DNA of 64,000 bases from Clostridia bacterium. Lineage in GTDB: Bacteria > Bacillota > Clostridia > CAKSNL01 > HGM11501. This document shows, piece by piece, positions 46,691 through 56,591 of the stretch (position 1 is the stretch's first letter; each line of letters begins with the position of its first letter). The position numbers were made by a program, and so were the translations under genes. The notes beneath the pieces are model-generated. The model ran no database searches. It saw only the letters and a list, made by a program, of their open reading frames with translations, and was not told the origin of the DNA. The stretch lies in assembly GCA_045545475.1 (NCBI GenBank), contig JAZQAZ010000008.1, forward strand, positions 96,001 to 160,000. The letters are read 5' to 3'.

Positions 46691-49141
46691 ATGAATTTTA
46701 TTGAATGTTATATTGAAAATTTCGGAAAGCTCAAAGAATTCCGCCAAGAATTTAAAGACGGACTTAATGTGATTTTAGAAGAAAACGGTTTTGGCAAGAC
46801 TACTTTTGCAGCATTTATACAGGCGATGTTTTATGGTCTTGATGCAGGACGTGCAAAAGACAGCGACAGAAAAAAATATGATCCCTGGCAAGGCGGAAAA
46901 TTTGGCGGATACATTACTTTTTCATTAAACGGAAAGACATACAGACTTGAGCGTTTTTTTGGCAAAAAAGAAAAGGACGATACCTTTGCACTCTATAATG
47001 AAGAAACAGGCCTTGAATCAAAGGACTTTACTGAAAATATTGGGTGTGAAATATTCGGTTTAGATAAAGAATCTTACAGCAAATGCGCTTATATTCCGCA
47101 AGGAAAGGTGGAATCTGAACTTTCAGGAGCCGGAAATATCAACGCAAAACTTTCTGATTTATCGGAAGTTGACAATGATATGGCATCTTTTGATAAGGCG
47201 ATGAAAGATTTGAAGGAGTTAAAGAACAAATATAAACGTTCCAGCGGTCTTGTCGCAGAAAAGGAGCTTGCTAAAAGCAATGCTGAGGCAGAGCTTAAAC
47301 GTTCAGAAAGCCTTCTCGAAACAGAACTGATGATAAAAGAAGAATTGCATTCTAAAAGAAGGCTAAAGAAAGAGCTGGAAGAAAAAATTGAAAAGCTACA
47401 CAAGAATAATGCTGAAAAAGAAAAGGCGGAGCATTATAAAACAATAAAAAATGATGCGGAAGATTCGGAAGGCAGAGTAAAGGGATACGAAGCAGAAATG
47501 AAAAAAATCCCTACTTTCGAAGAACTTTCTTTGCTTTATAATTTAACAGAAGAATATAAAAGAAGCGAGACGATAAAAAGGACCGCTGAATTAAGCGAGA
47601 CTGAAAAGGAGGTGCTGGACAAAGCCGATGCTTATGAGACGCACGAACTTACAGAAGCTGAGTATAAAAGCATAACAGAAAAGATTCAGGTGTATAAAAC
47701 GAAAAAAGCAGTTACCGAATCTGCTAATCTTACCGAAGAAGAACAGGTGAGACTTTTAAACTTGCGTAAAATGTTTTCTGAAAATAACTTTGATATGTCA
47801 AAGCTCGAAGAAATATATTACAAAGCAAGAGAAGCCAAAGAAAAGCTGGGCTTTCTTAAAGTAAAGAAGTTTCCCGCAATACCTGTTATAATGGGAGCCG
47901 TTCTTTTATTGCTTGGTATAATATTTATGTGTTTCTTTTCGGTTATAGTCGGAGCAGCTTTAGCTTTGACCGGTATAGTTTTGTCGGTTATTTTCATTAT
48001 TAAGAATAAAACTGAAAATTCCGGAATTTTGAGGGAGATTGATAATGCAAATAAAGCTATTTCAAAAGCCGATGAGGTTTTTTCAACATATGACGATGAT
48101 TATGCCGGAAAATACGAAGAAGCTTTAAGGTCTATTCGGCTTTGCAATACAGAACTTAATAATCTGGAATTAAAAGAAAAAAGAGCCGCAGAGTTCACTT
48201 CTGATTCCAAGCTGGATGAATTAAAGAAAGAACTTGATGAAATACTTGGGCATTATCTTAAAACACCTTTCTCAGAATATGAAACCGAAGAAGTATTAAG
48301 GGAACTTTATAAACACTGCTCGGAATTAAAGCTCTTGAAAGAAAAGAAAAAAAGGTACGAGGAAGCTTCAAAGACTGCGGAAAATAGGTATGCGGAACTC
48401 AAAGAAAATGCTTTTATATTTACTGACGTTTCGCCTGAAAAAGCTTATGAGGAGCTTAAAATTTTATGCGAAAAATTAAATGCGGAAAAGGAAAACTATA
48501 CTGCAAAAAACAATTTATTGAAAGAATTTATAGCTGCTAACGGTATACCTGAGGAAAATCATGAGTTTACGGGCGTAGCGGAGATTGAAGCTGCAAAGTC
48601 AGTCTTAAGTGAAACAGGCGATATAATCAAAGACCTTGAAAAGAGGCTTTCGGGTATTATTGCCGAAACGGAAAAAATACCGGAGCTAACCGCTGGAATA
48701 AGTGAGCTTGAGGATGAAATTTCAAACCTTAAAAAGAAAGTTTCGCTGATAGAAAAAACAGAAGTTGCTTTGCAGACAGCAAAAGAAAATCTTACATTAA
48801 AGTATTTGGGTCCTTTGGCAGAACGTTTTGAAAAGTACAAAACCACACTTATGGCACCTGAAAAAACCACGCTTGATGCAGAACTTAATATGGGAGCAAT
48901 TGAGTATGGAGAAAGGCATCAAGCATCTTCATACAGCACAGGTCTTCGTGATATTTTATCCATTGCATTGCGTTTTTCTTTAATTGATGCTCTTTTTGCA
49001 AGCGAAAAGCCCGTTGTTGTTTTGGATGATCCTTTTACAAATCTGGACGAAAACAGGATAGAAAGTGCAAAAAAGGCTATCGAAACACTTTCTGAAGAAT
49101 ACCAGATAATATATCTTACCTGCCATGAGAGCAGAACATAA
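46691..49141 (+). CDS. YhaN-like Rad50/SbcC-type ATPase with internal TM hairpin
   Basis: IENFGK, ENGFGKTT, coiled coils, YSTG, LDDPFTNLD, YLTCH. Confidence 0.88.
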   Translation: MNFIECYIENFGKLKEFRQEFKDGLNVILEENGFGKTTFAAFIQAMFYGLDAGRAKDSDRKKYDPWQGGKFGGYITFSLNGKTYRLERFFGKKEKDDTFALYNEETGLESKDFTENIGCEIFGLDKESYSKCAYIPQGKVESELSGAGNINAKLSDLSEVDNDMASFDKAMKDLKELKNKYKRSSGLVAEKELAKSNAEAELKRSESLLETELMIKEELHSKRRLKKELEEKIEKLHKNNAEKEKAEHYKTIKNDAEDSEGRVKGYEAEMKKIPTFEELSLLYNLTEEYKRSETIKRTAELSETEKEVLDKADAYETHELTEAEYKSITEKIQVYKTKKAVTESANLTEEEQVRLLNLRKMFSENNFDMSKLEEIYYKAREAKEKLGFLKVKKFPAIPVIMGAVLLLLGIIFMCFFSVIVGAALALTGIVLSVIFIIKNKTENSGILREIDNANKAISKADEVFSTYDDDYAGKYEEALRSIRLCNTELNNLELKEKRAAEFTSDSKLDELKKELDEILGHYLKTPFSEYETEEVLRELYKHCSELKLLKEKKKRYEEASKTAENRYAELKENAFIFTDVSPEKAYEELKILCEKLNAEKENYTAKNNLLKEFIAANGIPEENHEFTGVAEIEAAKSVLSETGDIIKDLEKRLSGIIAETEKIPELTAGISELEDEISNLKKKVSLIEKTEVALQTAKENLTLKYLGPLAERFEKYKTTLMAPEKTTLDAELNMGAIEYGERHQASSYSTGLRDILSIALRFSLIDALFASEKPVVVLDDPFTNLDENRIESAKKAIETLSEEYQIIYLTCHESRT

Positions 49142-49161
49142 TAATTTTAGGGGATGTTTGT

Positions 49162-50508
49162 ATGAAAAACATAGTACTTAAATTCAAAGCTCAGGGAAAT
49201 AGCGAAAGAAGTTACAGACAAAAGGAATTTATTATATCAACCTTTCAGATTAACGGAATAGAAAGGGAAGAGGTTTCCTTTGAAGATGCAGAGCGTATTA
49301 TAAAGAACTTAAAGGAAGCACACCATAATCAGATTGAACTTGGTTGGGCACATCACAATACAATAGCTAAAGCCGTTGAAATTTGCAACAAAGAAGGACT
49401 TAAGCTGATAATACAGGATCTTTCGCGCTTCGGCGGATTTCAGGAAAGAATACAAACCGACGAAGATCTTGAAGAAGTTGTAAAACAAGTGAGCGAAGAA
49501 TACAAAGACGAGGAATGTCTCGGCGGTTTTTATATTTGGGACGAGCCATGCAGAGATGATGCGGTGGCACTTGCCGCAAAATATACCGATTATTTCTATA
49601 AATATGCTCCCAGTTTGCTTAATCTTGCTATACTTATACCAAGCTATAACAGCTTATTTACTTGGAACAATGGCAAGTTCCCGGATTATGTTACACACTT
49701 TCTTGATACCATAAAGCCGCCTGTAATTTCCTTTGACTATTATCCTTTCGGCGTTGGCCCCGTAAAGGATGAAAGCGATGAACAGCTTGACATTTCCAAT
49801 ATGTGGAAGGATTTAGCTGTTATGAGAAAGGAAAGTGTTGAGAGAAATATACCCTTCTGGTTCTATTTCGAAACAATACGCCTTAACAGATACCCGAAAG
49901 AGCTTACAAATCCCATGATAACAAGCAACATTTTCTATGCTCTTTTATATGGTGCAAAGGGACTTCAGAGCTTTGGTGCTACGGGCTCGGTTGCAAGCGT
50001 CGATAAAGAGCTTGAAAAGAGAAGATTTCTTGAATTAAATGGCGAAAAAGGATACTTCTTTGATGCAATAAAAGAGGCTCTTGGGGTTGTCAAAGCCTGG
50101 GGCAATACTCTTATGGCACTTACGAGCGAGCATATCTATCACGACGAAGACCTTCTTAAAGGAGCTGCGTATTTCGATGAGCATTTCAGGGAGAATGTTA
50201 AAAATTCTTCTGTCTTCGCAATGGATAAGCTTGAAAAAAGATGTTCTCTTGGCGAATTTTCTGATGGTTACGGAAACAAGTATATTTATGTTTTGAATCG
50301 TGACTATAAAGATGAAAAAGAATTCACCTTAAAGCTTAATAAGGAATACAGGATTTATGAGGTTTCTAAAGCAAACGGTAATCAGTATAAAATAGCCGAT
50401 AACTCTGTAAGCTTAACCGTAAAGCTTGCACCCGGCGATGCTTCGCTTTACAGAGTTGACAATTCTGATTCGGAAGAATATACAATAACCTACGTTTGCG
50501 AGGATTAA
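49162..50508 (+). CDS. Hypothetical TIM-barrel, glycoside-hydrolase-like protein
   Basis: GFYIWDEP, ISFDYYPF, IPFWFY, ALLYGAKGL patterns typical of clan-A-like barrels. Confidence 0.55.
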   Translation: MKNIVLKFKAQGNSERSYRQKEFIISTFQINGIEREEVSFEDAERIIKNLKEAHHNQIELGWAHHNTIAKAVEICNKEGLKLIIQDLSRFGGFQERIQTDEDLEEVVKQVSEEYKDEECLGGFYIWDEPCRDDAVALAAKYTDYFYKYAPSLLNLAILIPSYNSLFTWNNGKFPDYVTHFLDTIKPPVISFDYYPFGVGPVKDESDEQLDISNMWKDLAVMRKESVERNIPFWFYFETIRLNRYPKELTNPMITSNIFYALLYGAKGLQSFGATGSVASVDKELEKRRFLELNGEKGYFFDAIKEALGVVKAWGNTLMALTSEHIYHDEDLLKGAAYFDEHFRENVKNSSVFAMDKLEKRCSLGEFSDGYGNKYIYVLNRDYKDEKEFTLKLNKEYRIYEVSKANGNQYKIADNSVSLTVKLAPGDASLYRVDNSDSEEYTITYVCED

Positions 50509-50512
50509 TAAA

Positions 50513-51175
50513 ATGGAAATTTTATATTCCGACGAACATATAGTCATTTGTGTAAAACCTGCCGGGATTCTTTCTCAGGGAGATGAAAAAGGAAGCGAAA
50601 ATATGATTTCACTTTTATCAAAAGAGCTTTCTTCGGATATTTATCCTGTTCACAGGCTTGACAGAAATACAGGCGGAGTTATGGTTTATGCCAAAAATGT
50701 AAAAGCTGCTGCAAAAATGTCTGCAGTCATTGAAAATAAAGACGAATTTCTGAAAGAATATCTCGCTGTTGTTGAAGGAATCCCCGAAAACGAAGGGGAG
50801 CTTAAAGATCTCTTATACAAAAGTGCGCGGGATAATAAAACATATGTGGTTAAAAAGGCACGAAAAGGCGTCAAAGAAGCATTTTTGCACTACAGACTTA
50901 AAGAGACTGCAAAAATAGACGAAAAACCGCTGTCGCTTGTTTTAGTGCGTCTTTTCACAGGGCGTTTTCATCAGATAAGGGTGCAGTTTGCATCCCGTAA
51001 AATGCCATTGGCAGGTGACGGTAAATACGGAAGCAGGGACAACGGTTGCGAGCTGGCTCTCTGGTCACACCACATTGCCTTCCGACATCCTTTTTCGGGA
51101 GAAAAATTGGATTTTATATCATACCCCGGAAACGAATATCCCTGGAATTTATTTGACAGTATAAAACCGATGTAG
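50513..51175 (+). CDS. RluA-family pseudouridine synthase
   Basis: KPAG, HRLDRNTGG, TGRFHQIR, GDGKYG. Confidence 0.93.
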   Translation: MEILYSDEHIVICVKPAGILSQGDEKGSENMISLLSKELSSDIYPVHRLDRNTGGVMVYAKNVKAAAKMSAVIENKDEFLKEYLAVVEGIPENEGELKDLLYKSARDNKTYVVKKARKGVKEAFLHYRLKETAKIDEKPLSLVLVRLFTGRFHQIRVQFASRKMPLAGDGKYGSRDNGCELALWSHHIAFRHPFSGEKLDFISYPGNEYPWNLFDSIKPM

Positions 51176-51195
51176 CAAAGCTGCATCGGTTTTTA
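51162..51195. terminator. Bidirectional terminator
   Basis: TAAAACCGATGTAGC-AAA-GCTGCATCGGTTTTTA. Confidence 0.88.
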
Positions 51196-51197
51196 TG

Positions 51198-52535
51198 TCA
51201 TAGTTTTATAAAATGAGGTCTTTCGTAGAATTTATCAAGATGGAAGGTTGACGTTTTGATGCCGGCAGGCGTTTCAATTTCTAAATCGTATTTGCCGTAA
51301 AATCCTTTTATAACCAGCTCACCGTTTTCATCAGTTGACGATTCGAGATTTGTCTGCCAGCCTTTCAGCAATTCTTTTAAGGCTGTCATTGCGGGCTTTT
51401 CTGTCATATCATAGCGAAGAAGTCCGCCACAGAAATAGTTTTCGCCTTCAAGTGAGCCGGGCTTTGCCCAGGCTGCATACCCGTCAACCATATTCCAATA
51501 TACAATACCTTCCATATAAGGTGATGCAAACCACATCTTATACATATTGGTTAAAATCTCTGCCTGAATATCTTCATCTTCTTTTTCGAGACCGAAAGCG
51601 GAAATTGTAACTTCCGATATCTGTATAGGAAGTTTAAAATCAGCATACAGCTCACTTTGCGCTGCGATATAAATGGGATTATATCGGTATCCGGCAAAAT
51701 GTGCTTCCTGCTCTTTCCTTATAAAAGAATGAGCCTGCATACTTATAGCGTTACATTTGCCGCCGTTTTTAAGGTGACGCTCTATCATCATATAATAGGG
51801 AGTACGGTTATCGCGGAAGCTTTCGTCGCCTAAGTTTTGAGCTTCGTTAAGATAGCGAAGATTATACGGGAAATATTTATAGGCAATTTCATAAAGCCAG
51901 TCAAGATAATCATAATCTCGTAAAAGTGCCGGTCGGTTATTTGTATGTAAAAGTGTTGTATGGCATAAAAGCTCGTTTGTAATATCGAAATCATCAATTA
52001 CATCCGCATATCTTTCGGCTATTTCTGCAAAATGCCTTTCGTAAAATTTCTTTGCTTCTTTTATATCTCTGGGAAAATATTCAGGGGTGAAAGCAGATGT
52101 ATCGTATGCAAGGCAATGACCTTTCATTCTGATATTATTTTCTCTGCAGTATTCAACGCAAAGGTCGGGAGCAGGCCGTCTGTAAACCTTTAAGGAGTTT
52201 TTGTCATATCTCGGCTTACCGTATTCCGGCTCTAAATCCGACCAGTAAAACGGAACGGTTGCATAATTGAAGTATTTCTTGAAAAGTTCTCTGTAAAGTG
52301 CGTTTTTTTCGTCGGACTCAAATTCATCAAGCATAAAAATATTGCACCCGAATTTAAAATCGTGGCTATTCTGTTTAATCTTGACTTTAGCTCCTTTTAA
52401 GGGTTTTCCGTCTTCTCCTGTAATGCTGAGACGCGCAAAACCTTTTCTGTTTTTTTCGATGCCGTTTTTCACATAGTCATCGCAAAAATCCTTATGATAG
52501 TTAAAATATTTAAGTGCTGATTCTCGTCTTTCCAT
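51198..52535 (-). CDS. GH10-like glycoside hydrolase
   Basis: FNYATVPFYW..LEP, KGHCL, DITNE (acid/base), ISMQAH, IQISE (nucleophile); RBS AGGAGG. Confidence 0.8.
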   Translation of the reverse strand: MERRESALKYFNYHKDFCDDYVKNGIEKNRKGFARLSITGEDGKPLKGAKVKIKQNSHDFKFGCNIFMLDEFESDEKNALYRELFKKYFNYATVPFYWSDLEPEYGKPRYDKNSLKVYRRPAPDLCVEYCRENNIRMKGHCLAYDTSAFTPEYFPRDIKEAKKFYERHFAEIAERYADVIDDFDITNELLCHTTLLHTNNRPALLRDYDYLDWLYEIAYKYFPYNLRYLNEAQNLGDESFRDNRTPYYMMIERHLKNGGKCNAISMQAHSFIRKEQEAHFAGYRYNPIYIAAQSELYADFKLPIQISEVTISAFGLEKEDEDIQAEILTNMYKMWFASPYMEGIVYWNMVDGYAAWAKPGSLEGENYFCGGLLRYDMTEKPAMTALKELLKGWQTNLESSTDENGELVIKGFYGKYDLEIETPAGIKTSTFHLDKFYERPHFIKL

Positions 52536-52655
52536 AATCATTCCTCCTTTTTAATAATTGTAGTATGTTTTTCGGAACTGTTCAACCATAAAATCGGAAT
52601 AAAAAGCTTGATTTTCGGCACAAGGTGTGGTACCATAGTCAAAAGGAGTGATTTG

Positions 52656-53408
52656 ATGCGGGATTTATTGTCGGCAGAATTATTCGATGTGCTTTTTTAC
52701 AAAGAAAAAGCCAGAGTATCCTTAAACCGCAAAAGAGAATATTCAGCATTGTCTTTCAGGTTATCATCAAAAAACGCCCGTTTTATATATAATGGAAAAA
52801 ATATTGAAGCCCCTTCCGGCAGTATATGTTATGTGCCTATGGGAGCAGAATACAAAAGAACTTGTGAAAAGGATGAACTTATAGTATTTCATTTTAATGA
52901 GTCTTTTCCCGTAAAAAGCGAAATAGTTGTATTCGAAAGTAAGGATACCGAAAAACACAGAACTCTTTTTGAAAAAGCGGAAATGATTTGGAACGCGAAA
53001 GAAATCGGATACAGATATAAAGCAGCATCGCTGTTTTATGAAATTTTATCGGAACTAACAAGGGAAGGAATGTTGCTTTCAAATAACACCGATATGGATG
53101 TTGCAAAAGCGATAGATATAATCGAGCAAAATTTTAACAATGCTGATTTTCGTACCGAAGAGATATCAGAAGCTCTTTATATCAGTGAAACTTTTCTGAG
53201 AAGAAAGTTTAAAAAGCATACAGGAAAATCTCCCAAGCAATATCTCAATGAGCGACGAATAGAGGAAGCGAAGAAGCTTCTGGAATCAAGGTATTTCTCA
53301 CAAAAGGAAATTGCCGGAAAATGCGGCTTTTCGGATGTGAAATATTTCAGAACAGCATTTAAAACCGCGACCGGAATGAAAATAAAAGATTATATGTTTA
53401 GCTTATGA
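52656..53408 (+). CDS. AraC-family regulator
   Basis: IAGKCGFSDVKYFRTAFK; divergent from GH10; RBS AAGGAG. Confidence 0.9.
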   Translation: MRDLLSAELFDVLFYKEKARVSLNRKREYSALSFRLSSKNARFIYNGKNIEAPSGSICYVPMGAEYKRTCEKDELIVFHFNESFPVKSEIVVFESKDTEKHRTLFEKAEMIWNAKEIGYRYKAASLFYEILSELTREGMLLSNNTDMDVAKAIDIIEQNFNNADFRTEEISEALYISETFLRRKFKKHTGKSPKQYLNERRIEEAKKLLESRYFSQKEIAGKCGFSDVKYFRTAFKTATGMKIKDYMFSL

Positions 53409-53411
53409 ATA

Positions 53412-53444
53412 TAAAAACGGTGTAGCTTTTGCTACACCGTTTTA
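53412..53444. terminator. Bidirectional terminator
   Basis: TAAAAACGGTGTAGC-TTTT-GCTACACCGTTTTA. Confidence 0.9.
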
Positions 53445-53449
53445 CTTCA

Positions 53450-54745
53450 TTATTTTTCAACGATTCTTTCCATGCCGCCCATATAAGGTCTTAAAGCTTC
53501 GGGGATTCTTACGCTGTACTTTTCTCCGTCGAATTCGAGATTGTTTTCAAGGAAAGCAATAAGCATTCTGGGAGGAGCAACAACTGTGTTGTTAAGGGTG
53601 TGGGCGAGGTACTTCTTACCGTCATCGGATTTAACACGGATGCCGAGTCTTCTTGCCTGAGCATCACCGAGGTTTGAGCAGGAGCATACTTCAAAGTATC
53701 TCTGCTGCTTGGGAGACCAAGCCACAACGTCTTAAGACATAACCTTAAGATCAGCAAGGTCACCTGTGCAACACTCAAGTGTACGAACGGGAATATCCAT
53801 AGAGCGGAAAAGCTCAACAGAGTAGCTCCACATTTTATGGAACCATTCCATGCTTTCTTCGGGCTTACAGATAACTATCATTTCCTGCTTTTCGAACTGA
53901 TGTATTCTGTAAATACCACGCTCTTCAATACCGTGAGCACCCTTTTCTTTACGGAAGCAGGGGGAATAACTTGTAAGAGTTAAAGGAAGACTCTTTTCGT
54001 CGTTAATGGAGTCAATGAACTTACCAATCATGGAGTGTTCGCTGGTTCCGATCAGATATAAATCTTCGCCTTCGATTTTGTACATCATTGCATCCATTTC
54101 TTCAAAGCTCATAACGCCTGTTACAACGTTGCTTCTTATCATATAAGGAGGAATGCAGTAGGTGAAGCCCTTTCCTATCATAAAGTCTCTTGCATAAGCA
54201 AGCACTGCACTGTGAAGACGAGCGATATCGCCCATAAGATAGTAGAAGCCTTCGCCTGCAACCTTACCGGCAGATTCCTTATCGATACCGTTGAACTTAG
54301 CCATAATATCGGTGTGGTAGGGGATTTCAAAGGAAGGATTGGTCTTTTCTCCGAACTGTTCAACTTCAACATTTTCCTCGTCGTTTTTACCAACAGGTAC
54401 GGAATCGTCTACGATGTTGGGGATTTTCATCATAACTTCTTTGAGTTCTGCTTCAAGAACGCCTTCTTTTTCTTCGAGTGCTTTAAGCTCTTCTGCCTGA
54501 GCATTTACCTGAGCTTTTACGGCTTCGGCTTCATCCTTCTTACCTTGCCCCATAAGCATACCTATCTGCTTGCTTAAAGAATTACGGTTTGAACGAAGTT
54601 CGGAAGCTCTTGTATTTGCGGCACGCTTTTCGTCATAAAGACGGATTGCCTCATCAACAAGAGGAAGCTTGGAATCCTTAAACTTCTTCTTTATGTTTTC
54701 TTTAACCAATTCGGGATTTTCTTTGACAAATTTGATGTCTAACAT
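53450..54745 (-). CDS. serS: Serine-tRNA ligase, interrupted by in-frame TAA at 53734-53732 (error or pseudogene)
   Basis: MLDIKFV, LIGTSEH, SPCFRKE, RIHQFEKQE, EVCSCSN, HTLNNT; the two ORF-track pieces share one frame and total 432 codons. Confidence 0.92.
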
Positions 54746-54779
54746 AAGTATTCCTCTCTTTTCAAAAAGTAATAATGAT

Positions 54780-54866
54780 AGTTTACCGCAAAATAAAGAA
54801 AATGTCAATATTTAGGCTGAAAATAAGTGGTTTTTTATTGACATATTAAACTAAATCCGATATAAT
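54780..54866. promoter_or_regulatory. Divergent sigma-A promoters (serS on -, ABC transporter on +)
   Basis: Minus TTGACA-17-TAAACT; plus TTGACA-17-TATAAT (54838-54866). Confidence 0.7.
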
Positions 54867-54896
54867 TATCTTATTAAAAGCATTGGGGTTGTAGCT

Positions 54897-56561
54897 ATGA
54901 AAAAAGAAAAAATTGAGCCTCAGGCAAGAAAATGGATAACTAAGTGCGCCGGACGTCAGAAGATTGGTATAATTCTTTTGACGGTTTTCGGCGTTTTCTT
55001 GTCTCTTACAGGGGTTTTCAGAGCACTTTGCTATCAGAAAATTATTGATCTTATCGGGCCTGTTACGGAAGGTGCAGATTCTGATACTTTGAGGAACTGG
55101 ATAATTGCTTTTGCATCTGTTATAATTATAAGTATTTTGGTTTCTCTTATATCTTCATATGTAAAGGAGCTTTCCATCATTAATATGCTCAATTACATAA
55201 GAAGAGAAATTATGACCTCACTTTATAAAAAAGAATATAAAAAGACAACCGAATATCATTCAGGAGACTTGCTTAACAGGATGTTCAGCGATGCGAGGGT
55301 AATATCGGGAAATCTTGTTTCACTTATTCCATCGGCACTTTCAGTTATAGTAAGGCTTTCCGGCTCGTTTATATTTATGTATATATTGGCACCGAAGCTT
55401 GCCTTATTTTTACTGTTTTTCGGGCTTTTGCTCAGTGTATTTTCGTTTTCTGTAAGAAAAACACTTAAGAGAATTCATAAAGAAGCACAGAGTGCAGAAG
55501 GCAGAGTAAGATCAGTCTTTCAGGAGCAGAGTCTCGGGCTTCTTATGATAAAGGTATTTACTGCAGATGATAAAATGGAAAATAAAACAAACGAGGTGCA
55601 GAAAGAATATAAAGGCAAGTTAATGAAACAAAAAATAATTTCCGCCCTTGTTCATGCTGTTTATGCGGCATCCTATAATTTTGCAATAATTGCGGTTTTT
55701 GTATATGCCGTTTTTGCTATTGTGAATAACAGTTTAAGCTATGGCTCGCTTACAGCAATGCTTCAGCTCGCAGGAGGGCTCCAGACATCTCTTAATGAAA
55801 TAGGGGGAATTCTGCCGAGATATTATTCTGTAGTTGCTTCCGCTGAAAGAATTCTTGAAATTGAAAATCTTCCTGATGAAAAGGAAGAAAGCTGCGACAT
55901 AACAGAGGTTGAGGAACTTAAGCTTTCTAATGTCACATTTACATACGGAAGAGAACAACTTTTTGAAAATGTAAATCTTACTGTAAAAAAAGGAGAGGTT
56001 ACTGCCATTCAAGGTCATTCCGGAATAGGTAAAAGCACAATACTATTACTGCTCTTAGGGATTTATAAACCTGTATCAGGAAAGGTATTGCTGAAAGATA
56101 AAGATATTGAAATCGAAGCAGGAAGAGGCACGAGAAAGTTTTTCTCTTTTGTTCCTCAGGGAAATCTTCTATTCTCTGGAACAATTCTTGAAAATCTTTT
56201 GTTCTCGAAGGAAGCGGCAGAAGATGATAAGCTAAAAGAAGCCTTAAGGATTTCCGGCTGCGATGAATTTATAAATCAGTTGCCGGACGGACTTGATACA
56301 AAAATAGGCGAAGGTGGATTCGGACTTTCCGAAGGACAGCAGCAACGTATTGCCATAGCAAGAGCACTTCTCTCGGATGCCGAAATTTTACTTCTTGACG
56401 AAGCGACAAGTGCACTTGATGAAAAAACCGAAAAAGATGTTATCGAAAATTTAAGAGAAATAAATAAAACCTGTATTCTCATTACACACAGAAAATCTCC
56501 GCTGTCCATCTGTGATTCGGCATATATCCTTGATGAAGCGGGATTAAATAAAGCGAAATAA
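54897..56561 (+). CDS. ABC exporter, fused permease/ATPase
   Basis: Multi-TM N-terminal half, YHSGDLLNR, GHSGIGKST, LSEGQQQR, LDEATSALD. Confidence 0.93.
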   Translation: MKKEKIEPQARKWITKCAGRQKIGIILLTVFGVFLSLTGVFRALCYQKIIDLIGPVTEGADSDTLRNWIIAFASVIIISILVSLISSYVKELSIINMLNYIRREIMTSLYKKEYKKTTEYHSGDLLNRMFSDARVISGNLVSLIPSALSVIVRLSGSFIFMYILAPKLALFLLFFGLLLSVFSFSVRKTLKRIHKEAQSAEGRVRSVFQEQSLGLLMIKVFTADDKMENKTNEVQKEYKGKLMKQKIISALVHAVYAASYNFAIIAVFVYAVFAIVNNSLSYGSLTAMLQLAGGLQTSLNEIGGILPRYYSVVASAERILEIENLPDEKEESCDITEVEELKLSNVTFTYGREQLFENVNLTVKKGEVTAIQGHSGIGKSTILLLLLGIYKPVSGKVLLKDKDIEIEAGRGTRKFFSFVPQGNLLFSGTILENLLFSKEAAEDDKLKEALRISGCDEFINQLPDGLDTKIGEGGFGLSEGQQQRIAIARALLSDAEILLLDEATSALDEKTEKDVIENLREINKTCILITHRKSPLSICDSAYILDEAGLNKAK

Positions 56562-56591
56562 CGTTCCGAATATAAAGAAAGAAGGGGTACT

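Noticed and set aside
53732-53734. Stop-codon reassignment or programmed readthrough in serS
   Set aside because: TAA ends many other genes here, no other gene has an internal stop, and neighbouring codons are also anomalous
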